A stretch of 64,000 nucleotides of DNA, from positions 188,273 to 252,272 of the forward strand of contig CP066682.1 in assembly GCA_016432285.1 (NCBI GenBank), given 5' to 3'. Shown one piece after another: positions 10,283 through 19,911 of the stretch (positions within the stretch are counted from its first letter, which is position 1; every line of letters begins with the position of its first letter). Origin of the DNA: Candidatus Kaiserbacteria bacterium. GTDB lineage: Bacteria; Patescibacteriota; Minisyncoccia; Phycocordibacterales; UBA2100. The notes beneath the pieces are model-generated. The model saw only the letters and a list, made by a program, of their open reading frames with translations, searched no databases and had not been told where the DNA came from. The position numbers were made by a program, and so were the translations under genes.

Positions 10283-10564
10283 ATGAACCGGCTCGTGCGT
10301 GTGGGAAGGCAAGCAGGGAGAGTGGTACGCTCGCTTTCTCTCGTCGTAGCCGGGCTCTTCGTCGTTGCATTCGGGGTCGGCGGCAGAAATGCGGAATCCG
10401 ACGGACAAAATCAGGGTGTGCTCGCCAACATCAAGGACGAATTTACCGCGTACGCCGACGCACCCTATTCGCAGGCATCCTACTACTCCCAGGCGGACTA
10501 CGGCTGGTGGGGCGGTGGCGACGGCGGTGGCGACAGCGGCGACGCTGGCGGTGGGGACGCCTGA
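10283..10564 (+). CDS. module copy 1, small TM peptide (93 aa): basic N-terminus, TM helix, AYADAPY motif, Tyr-rich, GWWGG, Gly/Asp-rich acidic tail
   Basis: Internal ATG at 10283 in ORF 10088..10564; paralogous to 17141..17392 and 49292..49570. Confidence 0.55.
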   Translation: MNRLVRVGRQAGRVVRSLSLVVAGLFVVAFGVGGRNAESDGQNQGVLANIKDEFTAYADAPYSQASYYSQADYGWWGGGDGGGDSGDAGGGDA

Positions 10565-10571
10565 TACACCT

Positions 10572-11741
10572 ATGCAACCGAGCATCAAGATCATCCTCTC
10601 GGCCGTTTTGATTCTCGGCGCCCTCTCTTTTGCCGCCTTCTACTACTTCGCGATCGCGCCATTGAGTCAGCCGTCGGACGAGGGGCGACCGCGCGCCGAG
10701 AGTCTGACGGAGGCCATGCAAAAGCAGCTCGCGGGCGACCGGACGGGAGCCTATCAAAGCGCGCAGCGGCAGATCGCGGAAGGCGGCACCGAAGAAGATA
10801 CGGTGCTTGCGAAAATCACCGCGGCCAATTCGCTTTTCCAGATTGCGACTACGACCGAGGGCAGAATTGCCGCGATGCGGATACTAGCAAACGCGTATTC
10901 GGAAGGACAGAGCCCGCAGAGCAAAGCACTTGTCCTCAATGCGCTCGTGTGGACGCTGATTTTTAATGCCAATACCGAGCCTGTTACGCTCGCCGCGTTT
11001 GGTTTCAATGAGTTCCAGCCGTTTGCGGTCGAAGGTGCCAACGGAAAGTCGTTTCAGAACCTCCTGAAGCAATCGATCAGTCTCGCGCCGACACGCCGGG
11101 CGTACTACATGCGTGCAGTCGTCGCGTCGCGAGAGCTCGAGCGCAATTTCGCACCGGACTCCGCAAAGCTCCTGTCCGCCGCCTCTTCCGATTCGGTGCG
11201 CGAAATTGCGCAGAACATTCTCAAATTTATCGAGCAGGGAGATGCGCTCGCGCGGGCAGCGCCGCTCGACTCGGGGATAGAGGAACTCGACGACATCACG
11301 GAAGCGCAAAATCAAATCTACCGAGGGCTCGCGCTCTCCGCGGTCGCACTTGTCGACTCCTCGCAGCTTTCAAGCGCCCTCGGTGCTTTCCAAGCGGTCT
11401 TGGATACGGCCAGAAGCGGGGAGCCCACCGTGGCCGTGAATGTGATGGCCGCATACGCGCACCTGTATGCCGGTCGGATCGCGGCTGCAGTGGGTGGATC
11501 GGCGAATACGGCAGTTGCTCGCTCGCACCTTGCCGACTTCGCGGCATCCGCAGAGGCATCGCCGAAGGATTACGTCAAGATTTACGAAATGTTCCAGTGG
11601 CTCCGAGGCGGCGCTTCGATTCCCGCATCCGAGCAGGCGGAGAGCAGGCAGTATCGCCTCTACCAAACGTACTCATCGCTCGCGGCGCTCTCTCCCGATT
11701 TCAAAAATTTCCTCGCTTCAGTCGGTTGGCAGTTCGAGTAG
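10572..11741 (+). CDS. module copy 1, ~390-aa N-terminally anchored protein (paralog of 17408..18595 and 49578..50771)
   Basis: ATG 8 nt after the peptide stop; N-terminal TM; shared early motif LQ.L..G.Y.AA and C-terminal F(K)NFL.S.GW.(F/L)E. Confidence 0.6.
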   Translation: MQPSIKIILSAVLILGALSFAAFYYFAIAPLSQPSDEGRPRAESLTEAMQKQLAGDRTGAYQSAQRQIAEGGTEEDTVLAKITAANSLFQIATTTEGRIAAMRILANAYSEGQSPQSKALVLNALVWTLIFNANTEPVTLAAFGFNEFQPFAVEGANGKSFQNLLKQSISLAPTRRAYYMRAVVASRELERNFAPDSAKLLSAASSDSVREIAQNILKFIEQGDALARAAPLDSGIEELDDITEAQNQIYRGLALSAVALVDSSQLSSALGAFQAVLDTARSGEPTVAVNVMAAYAHLYAGRIAAAVGGSANTAVARSHLADFAASAEASPKDYVKIYEMFQWLRGGASIPASEQAESRQYRLYQTYSSLAALSPDFKNFLASVGWQFE

Positions 11742-11941
11742 CCTCTTCATAAAAAGAGAGGGAGTCGGCGCGGTGTGTTTTGTGCAGCGCCGACCCCCCT
11801 TATGGTGCGCGCCGCAGGGCGCGCAGTGGTGTAGGAGCTTGCGCTCCGTAAATCCAGCGTACATTTCGCGGAATGAAACGTCAATGACGAATCACTGACG
11901 CCCGTTCCGGCGGACAGTTTCCCGTCCGCCGGTCCGGGCAG

Positions 11942-12142
11942 CTACCTCGCGGCAGGTGCCTTCTTGATGCGCTCCAGCACTGCGCGCTGGAACACCGCTT
12001 CCGCGCTCGCGTCGTCTTCCGAGGACGCGGTCGCTTCAGCAGAAGTACCCCTGCCCGACACCACGGCAATGGCCGTAATGACGTTGGCGACGGCGATGAC
12101 CGCCACCAACGTGATGAGCAGAGCCATTCCAAGTACCCGCAT
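11942..12142 (-). CDS. small membrane protein (66 aa)
   Basis: Strong SD: GGAGG 4 nt upstream of ATG 12142; hydrophobic segment; GC hairpin downstream at 11907-11932. Confidence 0.4.
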   Translation of the reverse strand: MRVLGMALLITLVAVIAVANVITAIAVVSGRGTSAEATASSEDDASAEAVFQRAVLERIKKAPAAR

Positions 12143-12240
12143 TGCACCTCCATACGGGTTTACGGCCTATCGAAGCCACCACAGCCTCGATTCAGCCACA
12201 CCGACCCTAACGCCCTCCCGCCTCCCAGTCAACTTTTTTC

Positions 12241-12270
12241 TTGACTTTGAGTGCAAAATCAATGCATAAT
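12241..12270 (+). promoter_or_regulatory. promoter TTGACT-18nt-TGcATAAT for the small secreted protein gene
   Basis: -35 at 12241-12246; extended -10 at 12263-12270. Confidence 0.4.
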
Positions 12271-12322
12271 ATGCCCTCACGGCATGAGAGACCTCATGAC
12301 GAAACGTTCAAGGAGAGGAGAA

Positions 12323-12589
12323 ATGAAAAAACTGATCTTTACGGCCGCGACGGCACTGCTCGGCTTGTTCAGCTTGGCCGGGTCAAACTCTGCCTCGGCG
12401 CAGTGGCCCACAAGCTGCCTCGAAACCAAGACCAAGGGGGACTGCCCCAAGTGCCTGCAGTCTCGCAATGAGGCCGGCTCGTCGGGGGGCTTCAATCACT
12501 GCGCGGCGAACTGGCGCGGTCCCCAGGCCGGAATTACGACGACCGGGGGGCAAGCTCCACGCATGAGGGGTAGAGGCCGTAAGAAGTAA
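12323..12589 (+). CDS. small secreted basic Cys-containing protein (88 aa)
   Basis: aggagaggag SD upstream of ATG 12323; signal MKKLIFTAATALLGLFSLAGSNSASA; 4 Cys; Arg/Lys-rich C-terminus. Confidence 0.5.
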   Translation: MKKLIFTAATALLGLFSLAGSNSASAQWPTSCLETKTKGDCPKCLQSRNEAGSSGGFNHCAANWRGPQAGITTTGGQAPRMRGRGRKK

Positions 12590-12611
12590 GCGACCCCACT
12601 CATCAAAGCGA

Positions 12612-12640
12612 GGCCCGGCGGTCAATGCCGGGCCTTTTCT
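12612..12640. terminator. bidirectional rho-independent terminator (GGCCCGGCggtcaatGCCGGGCCtttt)
   Basis: Perfect 8-bp GC stem plus T-run between convergent genes. Confidence 0.55.
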
Positions 12641-13845
12641 TAGTCATTAGCTGGCAGTGATCCGCTCTTTTCCGTATACCTCTCGAGCGCAGCGATACAG
12701 ACGTGTGGCTCGGAGACGCGCCCGCACTCCGCAGAGAGCGAGTCCACGCGTGTCTCGGATTCCATATTTTGAAACGCTGCATTAAAACACTGTTGCTCTC
12801 TCTCGCTTTCTCCCACGGCACGACAGTACTCAAGCGCTTCCGTGTAGTTTCTGTTATCCACGTACTTGAGTACGACACCGACGCTGCACGCATCCCTTTG
12901 CGAAACATTCCCAAAGTTTCCGCACTGACCCGGGTCGCTCGAGGCACTTTGATTGAGCTGCTCGACACTTGAATAGCCGTACCCCGTATAGCAATCTCGC
13001 TGGTCGCCCCCCGTGAACGCATTGCACGCCTCAACGATGAGCGCCGCCCGCTCGCTTGTATCACGTCTTGTTCGCGCCAGCAGATCACGCTGAAAACCGG
13101 CAAGCTCGAAGAAGCATGCGTGTCGATATTGCGCGTCAACGGAGTCGCACGGGTAAGCAGGATCGTCTGTTGCGATCGTCGCGGATGCGGAGCGAAAAGC
13201 GAGCGAGTTTTCTTCGCCCACCGCTTCCATAAAGACCCCGAGGTAACACCGCTCCGCCTCGTCTCCATCGGCGATTGATTCGCAACTTTTGAGTGCTTCA
13301 TCGAAATCCTGCGTGGCGATGTAGAGTAAGTGTCCGATGCCGTGGCAGAGCTGCGTCTTAGCCGTACAGTACTTTGCGCCGATCGCGCCTATCGTCGCAG
13401 CATCGGCGTGCGCGATATCCTCGTCGTACGCATCGGCGAGTTCTGCGACGGCTGCCGCAGCGATAGCGCCGTGCTTACAGCCATTGCGACACAGGCCTGT
13501 GCATGCAGCGAGCGTCTCCTCAAGCCCGTCTCCTCTCTCTATGGACAGCTGACCGATTGCGTGCGCCGTTACGTGGCAGCTCGATACGACCGATGGGGGA
13601 GACGATTCGTTCGTAATGTACCGCATAAGCTTCGGCGTGGAGAATTGTTGCATGAGTTGATTCACGGTTTCTTGCACGCAAGAAAAATCCGCGCGATAGC
13701 CATGGGAGGCGGCAGGGTTCTCCGAGAAACAGCGCGCAAGCTCCTCGGGCGTCATCATTTTCGGTGATTGCATGTACGCGAAAATGAAAACGACGATTGC
13801 GATCACGCCGATGACGAGAATCTTTTGCCCGCTCCAACGGTTCAT
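12640..13845 (-). CDS. membrane-anchored Cys-rich repeat protein (~26 Cys)
   Basis: N-terminal TM, then repeated C...C(Y/F) motifs; 4-nt start/stop overlap with the upstream gene. Confidence 0.55.
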   Translation of the reverse strand: MNRWSGQKILVIGVIAIVVFIFAYMQSPKMMTPEELARCFSENPAASHGYRADFSCVQETVNQLMQQFSTPKLMRYITNESSPPSVVSSCHVTAHAIGQLSIERGDGLEETLAACTGLCRNGCKHGAIAAAAVAELADAYDEDIAHADAATIGAIGAKYCTAKTQLCHGIGHLLYIATQDFDEALKSCESIADGDEAERCYLGVFMEAVGEENSLAFRSASATIATDDPAYPCDSVDAQYRHACFFELAGFQRDLLARTRRDTSERAALIVEACNAFTGGDQRDCYTGYGYSSVEQLNQSASSDPGQCGNFGNVSQRDACSVGVVLKYVDNRNYTEALEYCRAVGESEREQQCFNAAFQNMESETRVDSLSAECGRVSEPHVCIAALERYTEKSGSLPAND

Positions 13846-15551
13846 GCCTTCTTTTCGTCCTTCTCAACGCAATAGATTTCGTTGGCGAAGGTTGGTACGA
13901 AGAATCGGCTGGTCTCCGCGTTGTACGCGATCTTGTTGGTTATCCGTTCTGTAAGGGTGATAGAAGCCTGTTCCTTCCCGGTGCGTGCGTCGATTTCCGT
14001 CAGCCGACCGGTGTTCGATCCAATGAAGACGCTGTCGCCGATAATCTTCGGGCTCGCGAAAATGCGGGCGCCGCTGCTCCAGCGCCATACCTCCTGGAAG
14101 CTCGAAAGGTCAACGCAGTAGAGATTCTTATCGAGCGACCCGATAATCGCCGTGTTCTCATAGAGCGCGGGAGTCGCGTAGAAGCCGTACTCCGCCTGGA
14201 ATCGGCCGGCCTCTGTGCCGGTGCGGCGATCAACGAAGTAAAGAGTTCCAGCGGTGCTGCCGAAGATCACACGGTCGTGATTCCTGTCGTATGCAAAAGA
14301 CTCCTTGATGTCGTTACTGCTGAAACCAACGTCAAGTTCCGCGTCCGATGGTTCGGCCGGCGAAAACTTCCACTTCAGCGCCCCCGTCTTGGCATCGAGG
14401 AGGTACGCGGCACCGTCGTTTGATCCGACGATAACTTCGCGGGTGTCTTTTAGGTAAAGCGGCGAAGAGTGCGTATAGCAGGGCATCTCCCGGTATTCCC
14501 ATATTTTTTTTCCGCTGTGCGCATCGAGCGCCACGACCCCTCCCCGCTTTCTCCAGAGGCCGAACTCAAGGCCCACGAAGACAAGATTCAAATCGACAGC
14601 GACGGCGGGGGAGGAGCCGATCCAATCTGCTTCAAGAAATACCCACTTTCGCTTGCCGGACGTCCGGTCGAGGGCGTAGAAGTTGCCGTCGTATCCACCG
14701 AAAAAGACGCTCTCGCCAAGGAGTGCGGGGGATGAAAAGATCCCCTTTCCCTTCATGTGCAGCAGAATGCGGTACGACCAAGCCACTTGACCCGTGTCCT
14801 GCCGGATCGCCCACATGGTCCCGTCGTCAGAGCCAACGTATACATGCGTGTCGTCAATCGCTGGTTCGGATTTTGGCACCACGTAAAAAAAGCTCGGGTT
14901 CTTGGCGGCGAATTTCCAGCGAACCATGAAGGGCCTTGAATGCACGGGCTCCTTGTGGGTCAAATTGCTGACGCCGAGAGTTTCACTAAAGTCATCGAGC
15001 GTAAATACGGAGAAAAGTTCGATGTTCTTTTTCCGCAGGTATTCGTAGTGCTCAAGATCTCGGAACCGTATCAGCGTCCACACGGCCTGCACCCGGTGTC
15101 CGAGCGCCTCCAGCACTTCCACCTGTCGCTCGATGCTCTTGCCGCTGTTTATCAGATCATCGACCAGAATGATCGGAGCGCCCGGAGCGATTTCGCCTTC
15201 AATGGCGCGCATCAATCCATCCTTTTTTCGCGACTTACGAATAAAAAATCCGGAAGTCTTCTTTTTTGATACCTCTCCCGCGTGGACGGTGAGCGCAGTA
15301 ACGAGTGTGATAGCGGCTGTCTCTATTCCTCCTATTTGGAAGGGGAAACGTTCGCGGAATGTATCCCAAAAAATCTCGGCAATATCCTCGAGCGCATCGC
15401 TTCGCAAGAGAATACGTCGCAGGTCAAAGAGCCAGCCGCTCTCCTTTAATTTTTTCCTACTCGAGACGATGTTCTCATGCTCGGCCCGGACATACGCGCT
15501 GTTCTCAATGAGTTCTTTTAGGTGCGCTTTATGTTCTTCGATTCCATCCAT
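13842..15551 (-). CDS. fusion protein: N-terminal type-I phosphoribosyltransferase (OPRTase-like) domain plus C-terminal PQQ-like beta-propeller repeats
   Basis: PRPP-binding motif PIILVDDLINSGKSI; about 7 repeats of G(T/N)hY(A/C)hD..(T/S)G...W; minus-strand TGCTATAGT promoter at 15575-15583. Confidence 0.65.
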   Translation of the reverse strand: MDGIEEHKAHLKELIENSAYVRAEHENIVSSRKKLKESGWLFDLRRILLRSDALEDIAEIFWDTFRERFPFQIGGIETAAITLVTALTVHAGEVSKKKTSGFFIRKSRKKDGLMRAIEGEIAPGAPIILVDDLINSGKSIERQVEVLEALGHRVQAVWTLIRFRDLEHYEYLRKKNIELFSVFTLDDFSETLGVSNLTHKEPVHSRPFMVRWKFAAKNPSFFYVVPKSEPAIDDTHVYVGSDDGTMWAIRQDTGQVAWSYRILLHMKGKGIFSSPALLGESVFFGGYDGNFYALDRTSGKRKWVFLEADWIGSSPAVAVDLNLVFVGLEFGLWRKRGGVVALDAHSGKKIWEYREMPCYTHSSPLYLKDTREVIVGSNDGAAYLLDAKTGALKWKFSPAEPSDAELDVGFSSNDIKESFAYDRNHDRVIFGSTAGTLYFVDRRTGTEAGRFQAEYGFYATPALYENTAIIGSLDKNLYCVDLSSFQEVWRWSSGARIFASPKIIGDSVFIGSNTGRLTEIDARTGKEQASITLTERITNKIAYNAETSRFFVPTFANEIYCVEKDEKKA

Positions 15552-15611
15552 ACGAGCGATTTCGAGGCCGGTATACTATAGCACCGCGCCCACAGTATAA
15601 TAATTTATCGT

Positions 15612-16904
15612 ATGAGCCCCGGTGCTTCATTCTTTGACTCTCGCGCCGAGCAGAGCTTTCTGCGTTTTTATCGTCGTATCTTTTCGATTGCTGAGATAGA
15701 AGGAAGTAGAGTGCTGCAGTGGGTGTTTGGCGCGACGATCCTCTCATACTTCATCGCATTTGATTCTCGGCTTTACTCCGACGCGCTCACCGTAGATGCC
15801 TTTTTATCGGGTACGCACCGATGCTGGCCATACTTTCAATCGTGCGGTGAGTGGCTCTTTCTGCGTGCGCTCCCAGCCGGCTACTCCCAAATGCTGCTTT
15901 ACATGGCGCTCTTCGGTCTTCTGGCGCTTGCCGTGTATCTCATGTACAAGAAAGAATGGGTACTGGCGCATATCGCGCTCATCCCGAGTTTCCTCTGGCA
16001 CTTCCTCGGTTCGTTCGTCCTTAGCGGAGAGCTTGCGGGCAATTATGACTACTACCTTTTTCTTCTTGCGTTCGTGTTGCTTTTTGTGCCATACAAGGAG
16101 TTCTTTCTCAAACTTCTCTTGGTGCTCTTCTATTTCCTGGCATCGTTATCGAAAATTCACGAATCGTGGATTCTCGGCACGTACTTCTCCTCGTTGAAGA
16201 CAGGATTGCCACTCTTTCCAGACTGGTCGATACCGATTTGGACCAACCTCGTGATCTTTATGGAAATGGTCGCGGCGTGGTTCCTGCTCTCGGGCCGGAG
16301 GCTACTACAGCGTGCCGTATTCATTTTTTTCGTCGCTTTTCATCTCTACTCCGGCATTTTTGTGGGATTCCGGTATCCGGCCACCGTGCTGCCGACACTC
16401 CTCATCCTCTTCGGTCCTCTCTACGCCTATACGCCGCCGCCGCTTACGCGTCGCGCACTCGCCGGGTGGATACTGGTCTCTCTCATGTTTATGGCACAAC
16501 TTTCGCCACTCCTCGTGCGGGGCGATGAGAAACTCACACTCGAAGCAAATAAGTTCGGTCTCTACATGTTTGAATCCAACCACCAGTGCGTCTCAAGCGC
16601 GACGGTATTTCTGAAGGATGGTACGCAATACGAAGTTCGGGCCGAGAGCGTTTCCGCCCGGTCGCGGTGCGATCCGTACTATTACTGGTTTTCGCTCCGC
16701 GCGCCGTGCGAGAGGGATCAAGCAATTGGGCGAATTGTGTGGACGTTTGACCACTCGATCAACGGCGGTCCGTTTCTCCGGATCGTCGACGAGCAGGACG
16801 CGTGCTCGCTTTCGTATGATCCCTTTCGACACAATGCGTGGATCAAAACGGAAACCGACGCTCCAGAGGTTATCGGATGGCCCGTAGAAAATGTCTATGA
16901 TTGA
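15612..16904 (+). CDS. polytopic membrane protein with C-terminal Cys-containing soluble domain, unknown function
   Basis: ~8 hydrophobic helices then a soluble ~140 aa; TATAAT at 15596-15601, 10 nt upstream of the ATG. Confidence 0.55.
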   Translation: MSPGASFFDSRAEQSFLRFYRRIFSIAEIEGSRVLQWVFGATILSYFIAFDSRLYSDALTVDAFLSGTHRCWPYFQSCGEWLFLRALPAGYSQMLLYMALFGLLALAVYLMYKKEWVLAHIALIPSFLWHFLGSFVLSGELAGNYDYYLFLLAFVLLFVPYKEFFLKLLLVLFYFLASLSKIHESWILGTYFSSLKTGLPLFPDWSIPIWTNLVIFMEMVAAWFLLSGRRLLQRAVFIFFVAFHLYSGIFVGFRYPATVLPTLLILFGPLYAYTPPPLTRRALAGWILVSLMFMAQLSPLLVRGDEKLTLEANKFGLYMFESNHQCVSSATVFLKDGTQYEVRAESVSARSRCDPYYYWFSLRAPCERDQAIGRIVWTFDHSINGGPFLRIVDEQDACSLSYDPFRHNAWIKTETDAPEVIGWPVENVYD

Positions 16905-17109
16905 AGCAACGTCGAGCATCCCGATTCTGGCGCTAACCGGGCTCGAAGGAAACGCGCCGACCGCACTGTCCCCTCTACAGGTCTTTCTTGCTTCCCAATT
17001 CGATACGATCGCCGCATTCTGGTGGACGATCAGCGTCATCGTCCTCCTCACCGTCGTTATTCGCGCGTTTTCTGCGATACATAAGCAGTTTCCCCAGGGT
17101 GATCGTTGA
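16897..17109 (+). CDS. possible small single-TM protein overlapping the stop of the upstream gene
   Basis: ATGATTGA overlap with the upstream stop; one hydrophobic helix; weak support. Confidence 0.25.
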   Translation: MIEATSSIPILALTGLEGNAPTALSPLQVFLASQFDTIAAFWWTISVIVLLTVVIRAFSAIHKQFPQGDR

Positions 17110-17140
17110 CGATTTGGCGTTCAGCACCCATGATTCAAGT

Positions 17141-17392
17141 ATGGAAGTCTCCCTCCGGCGGGTCCTGAAGATCCTCGTTTACGCTCTCATGCTTGCCGCG
17201 GGGGTCATTCTCGCGTTCGTGTCATATCGGGATAAGGAAAACGCGACAGGGGGTTTAGTATCGACTGCCTACGCGGATGCGCCGTATGCGCAGAGCGCGT
17301 ATTACGGACAGGGGGGATATGGGTGGTGGGGCGGCGACGGCGGCGACGGAGACGATGACGGCGATGATGATAGTGGCGATGGCGATAGCTGA
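17141..17392 (+). CDS. module copy 2, small TM peptide (83 aa) with AYADAPY, GWWGG and poly-Gly/Asp tail
   Basis: Internal ATG 17141; motifs STAYADAPYAQSAYYGQGGYGWWGGDGGDGDDDGDDDSGDGDS. Confidence 0.55.
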   Translation: MEVSLRRVLKILVYALMLAAGVILAFVSYRDKENATGGLVSTAYADAPYAQSAYYGQGGYGWWGGDGGDGDDDGDDDSGDGDS

Positions 17393-17407
17393 TTTTACTG
17401 ATTCACC

Positions 17408-18595
17408 ATGCCAGAAGCAGGAGAAGTACAGCAGCCTCAAACGCACTACGGTCGATCGATCTTGATCGGCAGTACCGTACTTCTCGTTGTCGGATTCGGA
17501 GTCGCGTACTTTCTCATCGTCATGCAGGTCCCCTCGCGCGGGGGAACTACCGGCGGAGTAGGCAGATTGCAGCCACAAACGCTCCAGCAGCTCAAAAAGG
17601 CTGGCAACTACGAGGCCGCGCTTGCGGAATACGAACGGATCATGAGCGATCCCCTTAAGGACGCGAATGAGAAAGGGTTTGCGGTCATCAGTGGAACCAA
17701 CCTCAAGTTCACGCTGACGGCGGACATAAAAGACATGATCGAGGACGTGCAGCGATTAAAGGAGGTCGTGCTTGATCCGTCGGTGGAGACTCGCGTGCGT
17801 GTCGAGGCGCTCAATACGCTTTCGGCATCCGTCTGCCGATCCGGACGAGATCCGATCATTTTCGATGAGCTCTATAAGGATGAGCCATTCAAGCGATACC
17901 TCGTGCCGGGCGATCCCGATCTCTCCGCGCGTCTCATGGCGGAGTGGTCATATGACATGTCGCCCACGTCCTTTGCCGCGATTCGTATTGCACGTTGGTA
18001 CTCCGATCAAGTATTCAGAAACGGCACGCTCTCGGGAGAGAAGGTGAGTGAATACACGGCAGAAGCAGAAAAGTATATGGAGATCGCGGGGCAGCTCGTG
18101 GAAAAGGAGCTCAAGCGCTCCACGGATCGCACGCGGAGCATTACTTATATCGCGTATCGTATGTGGACGGCGATCACCGTTGGCCGACTTGCGACGGTGA
18201 AGGACGAGTACCGGGCGCAGTACAAAACCGAATTCGAAGACTTACTGAACTTCCTCACGGCCAATAAGAACGTGGGCGTTTTCGATTACCTGTACCTGGT
18301 GCGCGAGCACTACGCGCGCTTCATGATCCGCATAGACGGCAACACCGCCGGAGCAAAGGCCCAGCTCGACATCCTTGCGCGCGAGCTCCAAGAGTTTCCA
18401 ATACCGGACTCCAGTACCTACGTGAGACTTATGCGCAACGAGTCTACGTACAATCCCGGCGGATACCTCTGGAACAACTACAAAACCCTCATGTCGATCT
18501 CGCCGAGTTTCAAAGCGACGGTAGAGGAGCTCCTCATTCCCGACCCTGAGACTATCGGCAGTTCTGCGGCACCCCTGGAAACAGCGGAGTTTTAA
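17408..18595 (+). CDS. module copy 2, ~395-aa N-terminally anchored protein
   Basis: ATG 15 nt after the peptide stop; N-terminal TM; LQQLKKAGNYEAALAEY motif shared with paralogs. Confidence 0.6.
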   Translation: MPEAGEVQQPQTHYGRSILIGSTVLLVVGFGVAYFLIVMQVPSRGGTTGGVGRLQPQTLQQLKKAGNYEAALAEYERIMSDPLKDANEKGFAVISGTNLKFTLTADIKDMIEDVQRLKEVVLDPSVETRVRVEALNTLSASVCRSGRDPIIFDELYKDEPFKRYLVPGDPDLSARLMAEWSYDMSPTSFAAIRIARWYSDQVFRNGTLSGEKVSEYTAEAEKYMEIAGQLVEKELKRSTDRTRSITYIAYRMWTAITVGRLATVKDEYRAQYKTEFEDLLNFLTANKNVGVFDYLYLVREHYARFMIRIDGNTAGAKAQLDILARELQEFPIPDSSTYVRLMRNESTYNPGGYLWNNYKTLMSISPSFKATVEELLIPDPETIGSSAAPLETAEF

Positions 18596-18599
18596 TCTT

Positions 18600-19382
18600 G
18601 TGCGAGTCGCACTCCTGTCATTACGAGGGGGCCGGTTGGCAGCCGTTGCTGTAGTGCTTGGCGTATTGGCATTCGTTGGAAGCAGCGACATGACAGTACT
18701 TCTCCAAAACGCTCAGTTACTTTTCTTTCCGTCTGCCGCCTCAGCGTATAACTTTGGCAATCAGCACTTCGACGCGCGCAGTGGATACGAATACGACATC
18801 GACCGGGCGGAGTCGCTCTACCAAGAAGCGCTCCGCATCGACCCACAGTTTCCCTACGCGCGACACCAGCTCGCCCGCATCTCATTTTTGAGGGGCGATT
18901 TCAAGAGCGCGCTTGTGCTGATCAACGAAGAGCTCTTCACGAATCCCGATCCCTCTCCGTCCTCGTACTACATCCGGGGCCTCATTGAGGGGTACGCAGG
19001 ACGCTACGACGACGCAGCCAAAAGCTACGAGCGCTATCTGGAGCGTGATCCGCGCAATTGGGCGGCGATCAATGATTACGCGTGGGTGCTCCTGCGGGCA
19101 GGGAGGTCAGAGGATGCCGCGATCGCCACCGCCGAGGGCCTCGCATATTTTCCCGAGAATCCATGGCTTTTGAACAGCAACGCGACCGCGCTTTTTGAGC
19201 TTGGCCTCACGAAGGAGGCGAGCGCCGTCATACAAAAGGCGGGGGAGAGCGCAGCTTCCATCACCGAACCAATGTGGCTCACGGCGTATCCCGGCAACGA
19301 TCCTCGGATCGCGCGACAGGGAATCGAGACGCTCCAGCGTGCGATTGCGTCCAATAAGCTCCGCTTTGCCGATCCCGAATAA
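18600..19382 (+). CDS. TPR-repeat protein with N-terminal TM/signal
   Basis: GTG start 4 nt after the upstream stop; repeats of Y..G.......A...Y...L..DP. Confidence 0.6.
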   Translation: MRVALLSLRGGRLAAVAVVLGVLAFVGSSDMTVLLQNAQLLFFPSAASAYNFGNQHFDARSGYEYDIDRAESLYQEALRIDPQFPYARHQLARISFLRGDFKSALVLINEELFTNPDPSPSSYYIRGLIEGYAGRYDDAAKSYERYLERDPRNWAAINDYAWVLLRAGRSEDAAIATAEGLAYFPENPWLLNSNATALFELGLTKEASAVIQKAGESAASITEPMWLTAYPGNDPRIARQGIETLQRAIASNKLRFADPE

Positions 19383-19416
19383 TTTTCCGCACTGACTGTC
19401 AACAGCGCGAAGAAAA

Positions 19417-19911
19417 TTGCGCTCCATGAAGCGCGAGCGTGTGTATACTGAAGTTATGAGTTCGCGCTTCGCGACCTACGCGTTTCTCGTTTTTCTCGCG
19501 CTCACACTGCTCGTTTCTTTCGCCTCGTTTGCATACGCGCAGACCGACGAAGAGCTCCGCTCCACTGTCCGTGCGGCGATTCTCTCGGATCCACGCTCGG
19601 CAAGTATGAGCGAAGCGGAAATCGACGCGATGGTTGAAGCTCTTTCGGGTCAGGCGGCGGAGCAAGGCGTAACGGCCTCCGACATAACGTGGCAGCCGCA
19701 GCAGAGCGAGTTCCCTGCGACTTCCAAAGGGGAGCCGACCTCCTGCGCCTACCCCACACTCCTCTGCTCGCTCAATGAGGCGTTCGGCCTATCCGGATCG
19801 TCGATTCTGTTACCCACAGCTCTCGGGGTGGTCTCGGCGCTCCTCCTTGCGGTTGTTGCTATGATGATTGAACACCACCGCAAAGAGCGGTTCTCCGCAC
19901 AACGCGCATGA
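19417..19911 (+). CDS. secreted/tail-anchored small protein, paralog A (signal peptide, DEELRSTVRAAILSDPRSASMSEAEIDAMVEAL core, C-terminal TM ...MMIEHHRK)
   Basis: ~50% identical to 20906..21358; start uncertain (19417, 19426 or 19456). Confidence 0.5.
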   Translation: MRSMKRERVYTEVMSSRFATYAFLVFLALTLLVSFASFAYAQTDEELRSTVRAAILSDPRSASMSEAEIDAMVEALSGQAAEQGVTASDITWQPQQSEFPATSKGEPTSCAYPTLLCSLNEAFGLSGSSILLPTALGVVSALLLAVVAMMIEHHRKERFSAQRA

